NCBI GenBank assembly: GCA_965644265.1
Contig: OZ286470.1
Coordinates: 37,758,001-37,822,000, forward strand
From: Glycera tridactyla
Lineage: Eukaryota
Direction: 5' to 3'
Length of the DNA stretch: 64,000 nucleotides
Part shown: piece after piece, positions 1 through 13,030 of the stretch
Layout of the letters: every line of letters starts with the position of its first letter
Numbering within the stretch: position 1 is the first letter of the stretch
The notes under the pieces: model-generated
What the model saw: the letters and a program-made list of their open reading frames with translations, nothing else
The model's database searches: none
What the model was told of the DNA's origin: nothing
Made by a program: the position numbers and the translations under genes

Positions 1-2352
1 ATACTGATTTGGATGACAGTGATGATTGCTGCTACTGCCTGAAGATTATGATGAAAGGAGATAGAGGAGACTAAGGAAGAAGAGGAGGAGAAGGGACAGG
101 AAGGAGCAGCGAGGGTAGGAGGTGGGGAGGGGAGAGGATAGGTTGGTTGGTTGATATCTCATGATCACCTTCATGATCATGTTGGGACGCCCATGCAATG
201 GACGTATGTGGGGTCATTCAAGATCCCTCCTACGGAGCAGAGCATTCATGAAATTTGCAGACTCGGATGACTAGAAGGAGGAGGACACAGGATGAGGTTC
301 TCTTCACAGGCCAGAACCCTTCAATGTTGTAGTGTCATATTCAGGTGCAGGCATTCTTTAACTGTGCACAATGATGTATAATCAGTCGAGGATTTCAGTT
401 GGATGACCAGAACCACGTAGGACAGCAGCGTGCTTGCAATCTGCAGAAAGATAGGTATATACATTTGAAAACTAGATTTTGATACGGGATATCTTCACAG
501 AAACAGTTGGGCAAGAAACTATATAGAAAAACTAGGGGAGGGTGAGGACATAGGCTGCCATTTGCAGGGAAAAAATTTAGCACTCCTGGTCATTTGAAAT
601 GATTCATCGTCAAAAACAAATGGGATATCTTGAAGTTCAGTCAACAACATCCTTATCGTCGCCAGTAGCATCATATTGTTCTCAATGAAGAATGTTGTCG
701 ATCACCAAGGACTCACCCATCACTGTTATATTCATCATTACTGAGCCTAAGCTTGTATGATATCATCAGTTATCACTTTGAGGACTGAGGATTAGAATGT
801 TGACTGACCAAGACCACCAATAACTCCAGCACTGACGCAATTCTCTCTCTCTTTCTCTTTTTCTTTCTCTTGTTTTTTTTTCTCTCTCTCTCCCTCTCTC
901 CCTCCGCTGTCATTGTACTGCCTCCAATGAAGAAATGTGATGGAAATGTCCATGGCTGACTTTAAAACCTATTTTACACATCATGATCAATTGGTATTAT
1001 GTATTATCCCCTCAACCATAGCAATCTGGATGTATGTGGTCAACTTACTGAAATAAGTGCGGGTTTGTCCAAGGGCATGAGGTCGAGGATGTAATAAATC
1101 ACGTGTGACTCTCTCAGATGAGTTATGAATAGCGTTACCTATGTGCAGAGAACATCATATTCAAGTATGAGGATGATTGTATGATGTATGTTCTTGCAGA
1201 TTCCCCTAATGGATCCTTGACAGGCTTCAAAACTCTGCAAAATTCACAGATACTAATATAGGATTAACCAACTTGATGACTGGTTCGTTATTTCACTTCC
1301 TGTCACCAGAATATGAGCTGAGGTCGAGACGTCCATGCAAGGGGCATGTATGGGATCCAATGAGAGATGGACAAATATATGAAATTCGCAGCAATGTGGC
1401 AGATAAGTGTTGTAATCAAATGGGATAGTGATATAGTGCATGGAGTGGATTTCAGGTTATACTACCTCTAGATCGAGTGAACTTCCTTCATCGGGTGAGA
1501 ATCTCCATAATTTCATACTACACAGCAACTCCAAAGGATTTCCAGCCTGGAACATCAAAATGATATTTTCAAGTTATGGTATATGTATGATAGTTCTCAT
1601 GATCTTTGATTGATGGCGCATCTACTAATCTTGCAAGATGAATTCGATTATTGGCATGAGTTAATGTCAGAAATTAGATCTCAACATGCCTGGAACTCAA
1701 TCAGTGAATTACTTTCTGTGGCCAATTGGTTACATTGTTGATTGGTGGATGGCTTGGATGCTTCATCAATCAATGATGTTAACCCGTTGAAGGGTTGGTT
1801 TTCCAAAGGGACATATACAGGCAATTGAGGATGTGGCAGCCGTTAGCTGATCGTTCAAGCTACACTCAAGGATATATCAAATCGATATTCATTCAGGCTA
1901 CATAGAATTGATGGTTTCAATATCATGCGACTGTTTTCACACAAATACTGGGTATAGTGATGTACTCATCTAACTGAGACAATGGCAGTGTTCAAAGCTT
2001 GCGTGAGGCCATTCTCTCCAAAAGTCGACTGTACAGTGACAGCGGAAGTATGATGAGGGCATGACTTGTTTTAACCGTTCCCTAGTGATACCTAAGATCA
2101 AAATTGAGAGAGCTGGACACACATTTCATTGGACAGAATACTCCGCTGAGCTTCTCAAATGTATGTGTATGCTATATGTTTTTATTAGGTACATACTCAC
2201 CTCTTTATTGATGGAGATTGATGCTTTGTATATACTCATAAAGAGGAATGTCTTGACGATGATCCAGAAGTTCAATACTATTGTCTGGTTGACATTAGTT
2301 ATGTCTTGAGAGAAAACATAGATGACCAGGCATACAAGGATCATCAAGGATA
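1..2352. repeat. Near-identical (~99%) duplicate of 60633-62980
   Basis: Read side by side: about 19 substitutions plus a 4-bp microsatellite indel over ~2.35 kb (offset 60632, then 60628). The left extent lies outside the window. Confidence 0.93.
141..300 (-). mobile_element. Degenerate copy of a dispersed SINE-like repeat (GACGCCCATGCAATGG core, (TTGG)n tail)
   Basis: Shares its core and tail with the copies at 57541, 58600 and 60309. A partial copy in the opposite orientation lies at ~15345-15395. Confidence 0.45.
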
Positions 2353-3181
2353 TAGCTGAGAGTCCAATACTGGAAAAACATGTCTTATTCACTCTCCTCA
2401 CAATACTACAAAGATAGATATGCTTCTCCCTCAGTCGACCCAACTCTGGTGCAACTTGCTCATTTTCAGCCAAAACCTGACCAAGCTCAACTTTTATGTG
2501 TCTGAATTCTCTTACAATCATCATAGACACTGCCATCAGGTATACATGCTCAAAAAGGTTATTTATTATCACCACCCCATATATAATGGCCGTCAGGACG
2601 ATTGAGGTGGAGTAAGCAGAATCACCCTCATGGAATGGAAATGCCAGTAGTAATGCTGTACGTGTGGGTACATGATGATATATCAATGAGTCAATGATGA
2701 TTCCGAGAAGATAGATAATCAGCACCAATACAACCCCTATGGTGCAGAATCGTACCAGCCAGAAAATTGTTTTCCTATAATTAAGATATTGTGGATTGCT
2801 GATCTTGATCATACTGATGAGAATCGGTTCCAGTGTCTTCCACACTACCAAGCCATACAGGAATGACGATATTGCTTGGAATAAAATCAAAGAAGGAACA
2901 AAATAGATGAGCAGTGCTTCCAGTGTCCATTCACCCATGATCAATGCAATTAGTGTTTTTGCTGTTACAGACAGGGCAAGAGCAGTCAGAATCGAACTAT
3001 ATACCAGCTGGAATATACTTCTAAGATGGTGCTTTTCAGGATATCTATATGTGTATCCACCAAACCACTGCATGGCAATGAAGAGTGTTTCGAAATCTTT
3101 GAGTATGCAGATAGGATCAGAGTCGGAGTCATCCATCTTCTCCATCCCATTAACTTGTGTCATTGATGCTACCTTCGACAT
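321..3181 (-). CDS. Gustatory receptor-like 7TM protein GRL-A1, ~423 aa; coding exons 2201-3181, 1466-1546, 1049-1138, 321-440
   Basis: Exon 1 is multi-TM (MSKVASM...KASISINKE) and ends at GAG|GTGAGT. E2 AGNPLELLCSMKLWRFSPDEGSSLDLE, E3 VTLFITHLRESHVIYYILDLMPLDKPALIS, E4 IASTLLSYVVLVIQLK...stop, carrying the GR TM7 TY/SYxxxxxQ motif. All introns are GT-AG and phase 0, the GR-family pattern. Confidence 0.88.
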
Positions 3182-3559
3182 CTCTGAAAAGTATGAGAAC
3201 ACTGAATTGACCTTCTTGACGAGAGTTAGGGATAACATGATCAGATGGTTGATGGGATTCTCAAATGATGTATCCAGACAGAAGGGATGGGTCCGAAATA
3301 GATGAGACTTTCTTTGACGTTTTATTGATATCATCATATGAACCTGTAATGATAGGAATAAAGAATCCTCCAATCAATCGTCACTGATGATCAGTTTCTA
3401 TGGTCAATCAACTGTGTTCATTCAATGTAGAGTATAATGGGTGCGTTACCAACATATCTTCTTGTCAGGTTTCCTCGAGCTTGAACTTGTGTGAGGAATC
3501 ACCCACAGAGTTTTCCATTCATCCTGGATATCAATATCTACATATTAAGATGCAGAAAA

Positions 3560-3729
3560 AGGGGGAGAGAGAATAGAGGGAAAGAAAGGGAGAGAGAGAG
3601 AGGGAGAGAGAGAAAGAGAGATAGAGGGAGAGAGAGGGAGAGAGAGGGAGAAAAAGAAGAAGAGAGAGGGGAGAAATAGGGAAGGTAGAGGAAGAATGAG
3701 GGACAGAGGGAGAGAGAGAGGAGAGGGGA
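3560..3729. repeat. GA-rich microsatellite / low-complexity tract
   Basis: (GA)n/(GGGA)n-type run next to the assembly gap. Confidence 0.9.
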
Positions 3730-3923
3730 NNNNNNNNNNNNNNNNNNNNNNNNNNNNNNNNNNNNNNNNNNNNNNNNNNNNNNNNNNNNNNNNNNNNNNN
3801 NNNNNNNNNNNNNNNNNNNNNNNNNNNNNNNNNNNNNNNNNNNNNNNNNNNNNNNNNNNNNNNNNNNNNNNNNNNNNNNNNNNNNNNNNNNNNNNNNNNN
3901 NNNNNNNNNNNNNNNNNNNNNNN
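3730..3923. other. Assembly gap (194 N)
   Basis: Run of N. Confidence 1.
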
Positions 3924-6282
3924 ATTTGCTTAGCCAGACCAACAGTGCACTGTGGCGCCGACTCTAATATGGATACATGTCGCCAGAATTGCATTGTCTG
4001 ACAATAACAGAACCTTGTGTTTTTGATATACTAATCTTATGTGTCCAGAGCAAGGACGATTGCTTCCAGCTCCAGAGTGCACCCGTAACAACAGTGAAAT
4101 TCTGCTGCAATACCACCAGAGTCCAAGAACGTTGACTGCCTCATAACTATCGATAAAGTGTCCCTTGTTGGGGTAAAAAAATAAACACACCCTGAATTAA
4201 GGCTGTCCAACTATTTCAGGTGTACATAATGCCAATGGAACACGAGGGCAATTCTACCTGTTGACCACTGACGATGGTCAAAACAAAGAAATACCTACGT
4301 GTGTGTAGGTATGCCAATACCACTGCAGTTACCATCAGGATGTTTATGTATTGGAGATGTGTGGAGATCCATCTAGTATGTAGATGGTTTAACACTATTA
4401 CTGTGTGGGTTTAGATGTAGGTGCTTTAGAATAGGGTTGAAGAATCTAAGGGAGGCACAGGGACTGTATTGACTCCAAGGCGACATACAGAGTTCAGTAT
4501 GGGATCATGCACATTATCTATGATACATTTTCTTCCTGGATCCTTAGCGAAAGGTAGAAATTCATGAAATTCAGACACTCAATGTATCATCTCCCCTCCA
4601 GACTGGGTCACTTACCTGAACTTATGTTGTGCTTAACATCAGACATAAACAAAGTCGAGCAAAGAATGAGAGTGATTGCATCTAATCAACTCAGTGTCCT
4701 CATTATCTGGAACAGTGAATATTGGGAGTCACCCCTGCTAAGAAAGCCCCTCAGTGCACTCTCTCAACTCGTGGATGTGGAGTGAGAGTGTGTGATGACA
4801 TGAGGTTTGGTGAGAGCGGTGGCTATGGTGATGTGGTAATAGGCTCCTTATTATGCCTTCGCCAATGTTGACCAACACAGAATAAATAATTGGTCACAAT
4901 GTACATAATTCACCTTCCGGAATATTATTCTGTATGAACTTATTTATCACATGAACATAGATTCTTAGCTTTCTCAGTCTAGAATCTTAAAAAAATTGTC
5001 ATCCTGCAGAACTCACAATTTATCCGGGAAAAATTCAAAAATATGTCAGGACATACAGAGATATATGCGAATCTTTTCCCGCCATGATCCCACATAGTAG
5101 GACAACCAACTACTCTTTCAGTCAGCTCGATAAAGCAGCATCCTCATGGGAATACACTGTCCTTCCCCCAAGCAGCGGCAGATACTATTGGCTCCATTTC
5201 TTCTATATTGTGAGGCCCATGCCATCGCCATGGGTGAGAACAGTAGAGAATTATTCTTCCGGGTGCTGAACGGAAGGAGAAAAATCATGAGATTCACAGA
5301 CGCTCAAGATGTCATTTCTCAACATCCTCTAGTGCCATACATGCTATATTGTGACGAGAAAGCAATCGTCCCGAATGAGAGGTGAGAAGATATGGGAGGA
5401 ATGAGCCCCTACACATCTTGATGAGGAGGAGGAGAGGTGTGAGAAAGGGGATGGTTGATTAAAGCCTATCACAGCATTTGAAAGCTGATGTCCACATTGT
5501 AGGTTCATTGGTACTCCAATTACTCAATGTCATGTTTCAATAGTCGGTCGGTTGGAAGCGATAAAAAAAGCAATGATGAAATAATCTGTGCTCAGATTCA
5601 GGAAATCAGGTGACTTATTCAAACAGCACATCCCAAAAATCACCTCAGATATATTACCATATAACTATTTGCTCAATTGTAGTAGATAATTTCACACAGC
5701 TATATCTCATACCTCAGAAAAGTGTTATGGTCATTCATGTCTAATGTCTCTCCAAGTCGTTGAATGAACTGCATTTGAATGAACTCCAATTGAACACCTC
5801 ACATCAGCATTAATGTTGAAGGGCTGTCAGTCACATTTTGATATTGGAAGAACCCATTCATGTATCATGATTGAAGGTGTTCGATATTTCCGTCAATGGG
5901 CATATCATGCAAGTCCCAGTCTTCACTATCAGCATTCAAAGTATGAGGCTGAGTTTGAAAACACTTTATCCACAGAAGTATTGACCATGAAGGTCATACA
6001 AAATGTTTGAGTGTACAAGTGTATCATCATAAACAGTAATCAGTGAACATCATGAGAAATAACTGCATAAGATTATCGAAGCTATTAGATATATACATGG
6101 TATATACAAACGACGCTGTGCCAAACTCCATCCAATCCAAATGAGGCTGGTATGTTCCACATGATAACTTCACCATTTTTCGCCTGATCTAGGATTTGAT
6201 GGCACGAATGCATTGTATTGGTTTCAGTTATTCAACTTGCTTTCAAAGAGGGTGTGCCATCATTTTATCACATTTTTCTTGC

Positions 6283-6469
6283 GGCCTGCCTTGGTGGCTC
6301 ATTGGTAGCATGCTGGGCCAGCATGCGATGGGTCTGGGGTTCAATCCCCGGTCCTACCATGCAGGAACGTTTCACCCTTCATCTTTGATCCTCCTTGGCA
6401 GGTGGTCTGATCCAGCCTACACAAGTGCAGGAGGTAGACCTAAAACCTCACCATTTCCATTTCCATTTC
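6283..6469 (+). mobile_element. tRNA-derived SINE
   Basis: Pol III A box TGGCTCATTGG (6295-6305) and B box GGTTCAATCCC (6338-6348), then a ~100-bp non-tRNA body and a (CCATTT)n tail. Confidence 0.7.
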
Positions 6470-7082
6470 TGACAAATTTGCTGTAATTATCCGAGAATAT
6501 TTGTATGCGAAACAGACGAGATATGGCAGCCGCACTCGCTGCGAATTGACACAGTTTTGTCGTTCTAAGGTGAAATAAACAATATGGCTTTGCTGTGATC
6601 ACAATTTCAGTCGTAGGAGATGTCAACAATGTCTGTATTTGTGTTCCAGCTCAATTTGTATGCTTCAAATCTGTGAGTACAAAGAAGGGTGACAGTGGTT
6701 ATTGCCTCCACAAAAGTGAACAAATGTTAGATGATGTCGAGGTCTCTCCTGAGCTTCTGTATTACTTTAGCTTCTGATTCAGCACTGGCACTCAGTGCCG
6801 TGTAATCAGAATAGAATTGACAAGCACTTGAGTAATCCGCCTACTTGATGAATAATAGTCTGTCCAGATATCAAAACGCGATCTGCTGTCTCTAAAGCCC
6901 ACAGGCTCTTTAAACCCTAGAACACCAAGACAGCACGCGTCTCGCCTAGCCGTATTCTCTTTTTCTCAGTGAAAGGTGATCCCACACATTGGGCAGAAAC
7001 AGGATGGGGTGGTGAAGGGGGAGGGAAGAAGCAGAAGCAAGTGGGTGACAACGATGAGACAATCTCAGGATGTCTGGAGCTC

Positions 7083-10000
7083 TCACTGATGTACAGTTTT
7101 GTTCAGGAAGAGACAATCATCAACCGTGCACATTGTTTCACAACTAGTGGATGACTTCAGTTGGATAGCAAGAACCACATAGGTCAAGAGTGTGCCTGCC
7201 ATCTGCAATGAAAGGTTTCAACACATCATTCATCATGTCTTATCCCATTATTAGAAGTATGAGCAGAATCAAAAAAACCAACCCTTTCCTCATATTGTGA
7301 TGTTGGGATTCAAGGCCTACCTACGCCCCCATGTAATATATGTGGACAGAGATATGTAGATGGAAAAGTTGAGAGTTCACAAAAAAGCACCATCAGATGA
7401 AGAGAACCAGCCAGGAGTGAACTTCAATTGCGAAAAGGTGACTGATACTTTATATGATAGGGGCGGATAAGTCAGTATGATACACTCAGTTAGCACTATT
7501 TGTTTATGTACATTGAGTATCATGTTGGTGTTGTGATGCAATTTTCGCTTTGCTAAAATTACTACAACTACCAAGCACAGTAACAACAATTATCATGATA
7601 TCAAACCAATATTCTGATCATCGACCCAGTTACCTTCTCTCATGGACAATCAACCTTGACCAATCTATCCCTGTTACATTCGTAAATCGTAAGCTATAGT
7701 ATACCTGCATATATGCATGTGCACACACACACATACATACCGAAAAACACAAACTCACGCACACAAACACAAACACAAACACACACACTCACTCACTCAC
7801 ACAAACACACATGAATGAAGTCTCATCTATATCATTCTGAAAATTGAAGGGGTGTACAGGCATGGTGACTGACTTACTGAAACAAGTGCATCTTTGTCCA
7901 AAGGCATAAGGTCCAGAATGAGATAAGCAACTTTTGTCTCCTTCAAATGAGTCATGAATAACATCACCTGAGTGCAGGGAAGATAAAAATGAGGGAACAT
8001 AATCATGAGAATGCATGTGGATAGTTGCCAAGGAGTTGTATATTGCGTTTTACATTGAAGAGGGGTTCATGGGAATTGATCAATTTGTCTCTTGATAGGT
8101 GAACTCTAAAACTTCAAGAAATTCACTGACACCAAGTATACTGTGACCAGTTGATGGATACACTCCTCCAATTAATATCCCTTTCCCTCTCATCTCATAA
8201 GTCTTTCTATCTTACCCTTTACTATCGATGAGACCACGTGCGCGATAAACTTTTACCTTTACTCGAACCCATCCCTCTTATCTCAAAGCACACCCTTTCC
8301 TAACGAGGGGACATGTCCAGGATAGAATATCTTCTGTACTCCTGTCTAAACCTCTGATCTCTTATCTCATACTATATCTCGGCTCGGCCTTACTCTCAGA
8401 GAGGCCAAGTGTGCTTTGAGAATCTCATAATTACTCCTCCTCATCCCTTCCATCTCAAAGCTTATTTCACATTAGCTTAAGCCTAGTGTCGGATGAGTCG
8501 ATAATTGTCCAGTGTTGGAATCTCATCTCCAACCTTATATATCACTCTATTTCGAAATCTCAATCTATCCAGGATAGAATCCCATCATCACTCCTCTCCT
8601 TCTCATCCCAAAACCTCCTTCTATCTTGGCTTGGCCTTACTATCGTAGAAAGCCAGGATAGAATCCGATCTCACTCATTCCCTTCTCACCCCAAAACTCA
8701 TATCTTGGCTTCGCCTTACTATCATAGAAGACTAGGATAGAATCCCATCATCACTCCTCTCCCTCTCACCCCAAAACTCATTTTATCTTAGCTTGGCCTT
8801 ACTATCGTTGAAGGCCAGGATAGAATCCCATCATCTCTCATTTCCCTCTCATCCCAAACCTCCTTCTATCTTGGCTTGGCCTTACTATCATAGAAGACCT
8901 GGATAGAATCCCATCATCACTTATTTCCCTCTCACCCCAAACCTCCTTCTATCTTGGCTTGGCCTTACTATCATAGATGACCAGGATAGAATCCCATCAT
9001 CTCTCATTTCCCTCTCATCCCAAACCTCCTTCTATCTTGGCTTGGCCTTACTATCGTAAAAGACCAGGATAGAATCCCATCATCACTCATTTCCCTGTCA
9101 TCCCAAACCTCCTTCTATCTTGGCTTGGCCTTACTATCATAGATGACCAGGATAGAATCTCATCATCTCTCATTTCCCTCTCATCCCAAACCTCCTTCTA
9201 TCTTGGCTTGGCCTTACTATCGTAGAAGACCAGGATAGAATCCCATCATCCCTAATTCCCTCTCACCCCAAACCTCCTTCTATCTTGGCTTGGCCTTACT
9301 ATCGTAAAAGACCAGGATAGAATCCCATCATTCCTCATTTCCTTCTCATCCCAAAACTCATTCTATATTGGCTTCGCCTTACGATCATAGAAGACCAGGA
9401 TAGAATCCAATCATCACTCATTACTCTCTCACCCCAAAACTCATTTTATCTTGGCTTGGCCTTACTATCGTAGAAGACGAGGATAGAATCCCATCATCAC
9501 TCATTTCCCTCTCACCCCAAACCTCCTTCCATCTTGGCTTGGCCTCACTATCGTAAAAGATCAGGAGAGAATCCCATCATTCCTCATCTCCTTCTCATCC
9601 CAAACCTCCTTCTATCTTGGCTCGGCCTTACTATCGTAGAAGACCAGGATAGAATCCCATCATCTCTCATTTCCCTCTCACCCCAAACCTCATCCTATCT
9701 TGGCTTGGCCTTACTATCGTAAAAGACCAGGATAGAATCCCATCATTCCTCATTTCCTTCTCATCCCAAACATCCTTCTATCTTGGCTTGGCCTTACTAT
9801 TGTAGAAGACCAGGATAGAATCACATCATCACTCATTTCCCTCTCACCCCAAACCTCCTTCCATCTTGGCTTGGCCTTACTATCATAGAAGACCAGGATA
9901 GAATCTCATCATCACTCTTTTCCCTCTCACCCCAAAGTTAATTCTATCCAGGCTTGGCCTTACTAACAGAGAAGACCAGGATAGAATCTCATCTTCGAGT

Positions 10001-12796
10001 CCGGGATTAAGTTCCTGCTCTACTCCTCCCTATCCCTTATGAGTTGATACATGACTCATTCTTGCACTCCCAAGCACTAACCCCTGCGAGCTGAGCGCAA
10101 TCACTCAATATCTGTCCTGAGTCTATAATACGAACATCTCTCTGAAAGCCGAGAGACTGTTGGCCACCTTGGCTGATTAATGCATGAATTCTTGCTTTTC
10201 TCTCACGACTATATCATACTATAAAAAATGGATTGTGAATACTCGAGTAGCATTCAGCTTGTATTCAGCTTGTGATTCAAAGGTTCTCTGCGCCTCTGCC
10301 TGCGATATGCAAGGTAACTTTGCCATAGCAATGTTTGTTTCAGTGCCTTGGTTGCATGAGCGACGTGACACACCCAAGCACGGCAGGGAATGATCACTTC
10401 GAGCAGGGAAAGATCGTAGTTGAGAGTTTCCTCATGATAGACTTGATTTCTAACATGATGTATACACAAATTGTGAATATGTTGTACATGTTGTACGAGT
10501 AGTTTGATATCGAATTGCATATTGTATTCAATTTCCTTTTTTTATCGCCCTCATTTATGCAGGAGAAAATCTGTTCATGGATTAATTGCACAATTTGTGA
10601 AGTTCAGGATGAATGCCTCACTCCACCCTACAATAACCATCTCATCCTTTCTTCACCTGCTCTGCACATAATACTAGCCGGCACTGTTGTTTTTATGTAT
10701 GATGCATTTTGGAATACCTTTTGATGAATGTGCTTGATGGCTGGCAAATATGTTGGTCAGGCAGGTGACGGATTTCTCCCTGCTTCAATCAACTCATTGT
10801 GCTTCCAGACTTTGCTGTCACTGTGTAAATGAAAACCGATGGGTGGATAGAAGGGAAGAGTATCATTGCTAAAGCTATGGTATGGAAAGTTGACTTTCAA
10901 ATGATTCAGTGTTTGGTAATACATCCCATCGAAGAGGAAAAGGATAACAGGTTTTATTACCTCTAGCTCGAGTGTACCTCGCTCTTCTGGTGACATTTGC
11001 CAAGATTCTATTCCACACAGCAACTCCAGAGGGTTTCTAGCCTGAAACAAGAATTTTGAAATCATGAGGTATTCCCTCTGATATTCAAATTGAGATGAAT
11101 GTATGGTAGTTGAATCGAATGCTTGGTGAAGCATGTACACTTCCTTCACTATGAAGATGAAGTACGAAATGACTCAAGAAATAGATTCGAGCTCACTGAC
11201 TTCAATTGCTAATCATTCTCACATTTCTGTTGAAGCAAACAGTGAATTGTTATTGTATGGATGGTGATGGATTTTTGAGGTGATTCTTTGATCGATAATA
11301 TCCATTTATCAAACTCTGTGGTGTCCAGTAACATATAATATTTGGTGTGAGAGGAAATATGAACAAACATCTAATGAGGTGAACAATTGCCAAGTCATGA
11401 TTTTAGTTGGTCGTGCCACCTGAATGAACATCTGCCATCTTTGAATGATATGCTGAAATCTTGGTTGATAAAATAAATCTGTCAATCTTTCTCTTGAAAT
11501 TCTTTATCTTGTCTTATTTTTGAAATGAATCACAGAAAGTTGAACTCAGGTAAAAGCCACACTGCCTCGCCGAATTGTGCGGATTTGAAAAAATGCTAGT
11601 GTTCAGTCAAATGGAACAATACTTTCCCTGTCTGCAAACCTATGCATGTTGAGATGTTCTTAAGTTCTCAAGTATTCTCCAGCGATCTTCATGACCGGGA
11701 ATTTCGAAGAGAGAATCATCTCAAGTGGTGTTTGTCTGCGTGTCTTCTCATTTCATCCCAAGAATTCATACGGAGGTAAACATGTGCTGTAAGGATACAC
11801 AACTTTGGAACTCACCTCTTCGATGATAGCAATTGATGCTTTGTATATACTTATGAAGACACATGCCTTGATGACGGTCCAGAGGATCACTACCATCCTT
11901 TGGTTGACGTTAGTTTTTCCATGAAAGAGGCTATAGATGACCAGGCATATGAGGATCATCACTGATATAGCTGAGAGGCCAATAGCGGGGAAAAATGTCT
12001 TATTCACCCTTCTCACAAGACATGAGAGGTAGATATGCTTCTGCCGCAGTTGACCCATTTTGGATGCAACTGACTCACCTTGAGCCAATACCTGACCCAG
12101 CTCAACTTTGATGTGCCTGAATTCTCTCACAAATATCACGGATACTGCCATCAGGTATATGTGTTCAAGGAGACTGTTCATGACCATTATTCCATTTATG
12201 ACTGCCGAAAGAACAAGGATGAATATGTAAGCAGGATCGCTCTCATGAAATGGGAATGCAAGCAGCAATGATGTATTTGAGAATGCATCCTTAGATGTGA
12301 TTGTGTCAATGAGGATCCCAAGGAGAAAGCTAGTGAGAACCAGTATGACTATCATGATGGAGATTCGTACCAACCAGTAGATTGTTTTTCTATAAGAAGA
12401 ATAATGTTGATGGCTGATCTTGATGGTACTCATAAGGATTGGCTCTAGTGTATTCCACATGAAAGTGCCATGAACAAATGAAAACACAGCTTGAGACAGA
12501 ATCATTGAAGGAACAAGATAGATGAGCAGTACTTCCAGTGACCTTTCCCCCACGAACACTGCTATCAGTGTTTTGATTGTCACGGTCAGGGCAAGAAGAG
12601 TCAGTATCACACTATATACCAAATGGAAAGAAGTCCTGATATGGTGCTTCTCTGGATGACCGCATGTGTATGCACCTAACCACTTCATGGTGATGAAGAG
12701 TGGCTTGAAGTCTTGAAGAATGCAGGTTTGATCGAACTCAAAGCCATTTCCCCCCTCTGCTCCAGGCACTTGACTCGCTGATATGACCTTTGACAT
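7083..12796 (-). CDS. Gustatory receptor-like 7TM protein GRL-A2, ~423 aa; coding exons 11816-12796, 10961-11041, 7878-7967, 7083-7202
   Basis: Exon 1 is 981 nt, the same length as in A1, and ends GAG|GTGAGT. E2 ARNPLELLCGIESWQMSPEERGTLELE, E3 VMLFMTHLKETKVAYLILDLMPLDKDALVS, E4 MAGTLLTYVVLAIQLK...stop. Canonical phase-0 splice sites. Confidence 0.87.
8560..9995. repeat. 83-bp minisatellite array, ~17-18 units, in intron 2 of GRL-A2
   Basis: CCAGGATAGAATCCCATC...CTTGGCTTGGCCTTACTATCGTAGAAGA recurs at 8981, 9064, 9147, 9230, 9313 and onward (period 83). A degenerate lead-in starts at ~8300. Confidence 0.95.
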
Positions 12797-12939
12797 CTCG
12801 AGAAAGCACAAGGTCAAAATAGATTCGTCCTGTTGACGAGGCTCCTGCTGGTAAATTGTGTACCACCACACTAGATCACCCACTATCGTCATGAAGAGAT
12901 GGAGCAAGAGATAATATGAGGGTAGCTGAGAGTGGTTGC

Positions 12940-13017
<78 letters not shown>

Positions 13018-13030
13018 GATGATGATGATG
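12940..13030. repeat. (GAT)n microsatellite, ~30 units
   Basis: Seen directly; one GAA interruption. Confidence 0.97.

Noticed and set aside
6283-6355. Functional tRNA gene
   Set aside because: A and B boxes are present, but there is no convincing cloverleaf, and a body and simple-repeat tail follow; this is a SINE head.
8560-9995. CRISPR-like array
   Set aside because: Whole 83-bp units repeat with no unique spacers, in a eukaryotic intron with no cas genes.
10757-11149. Separate 130-aa gene
   Set aside because: Only 10961-11041 is conserved, and it is exon 2 of GRL-A2; the rest is intron.
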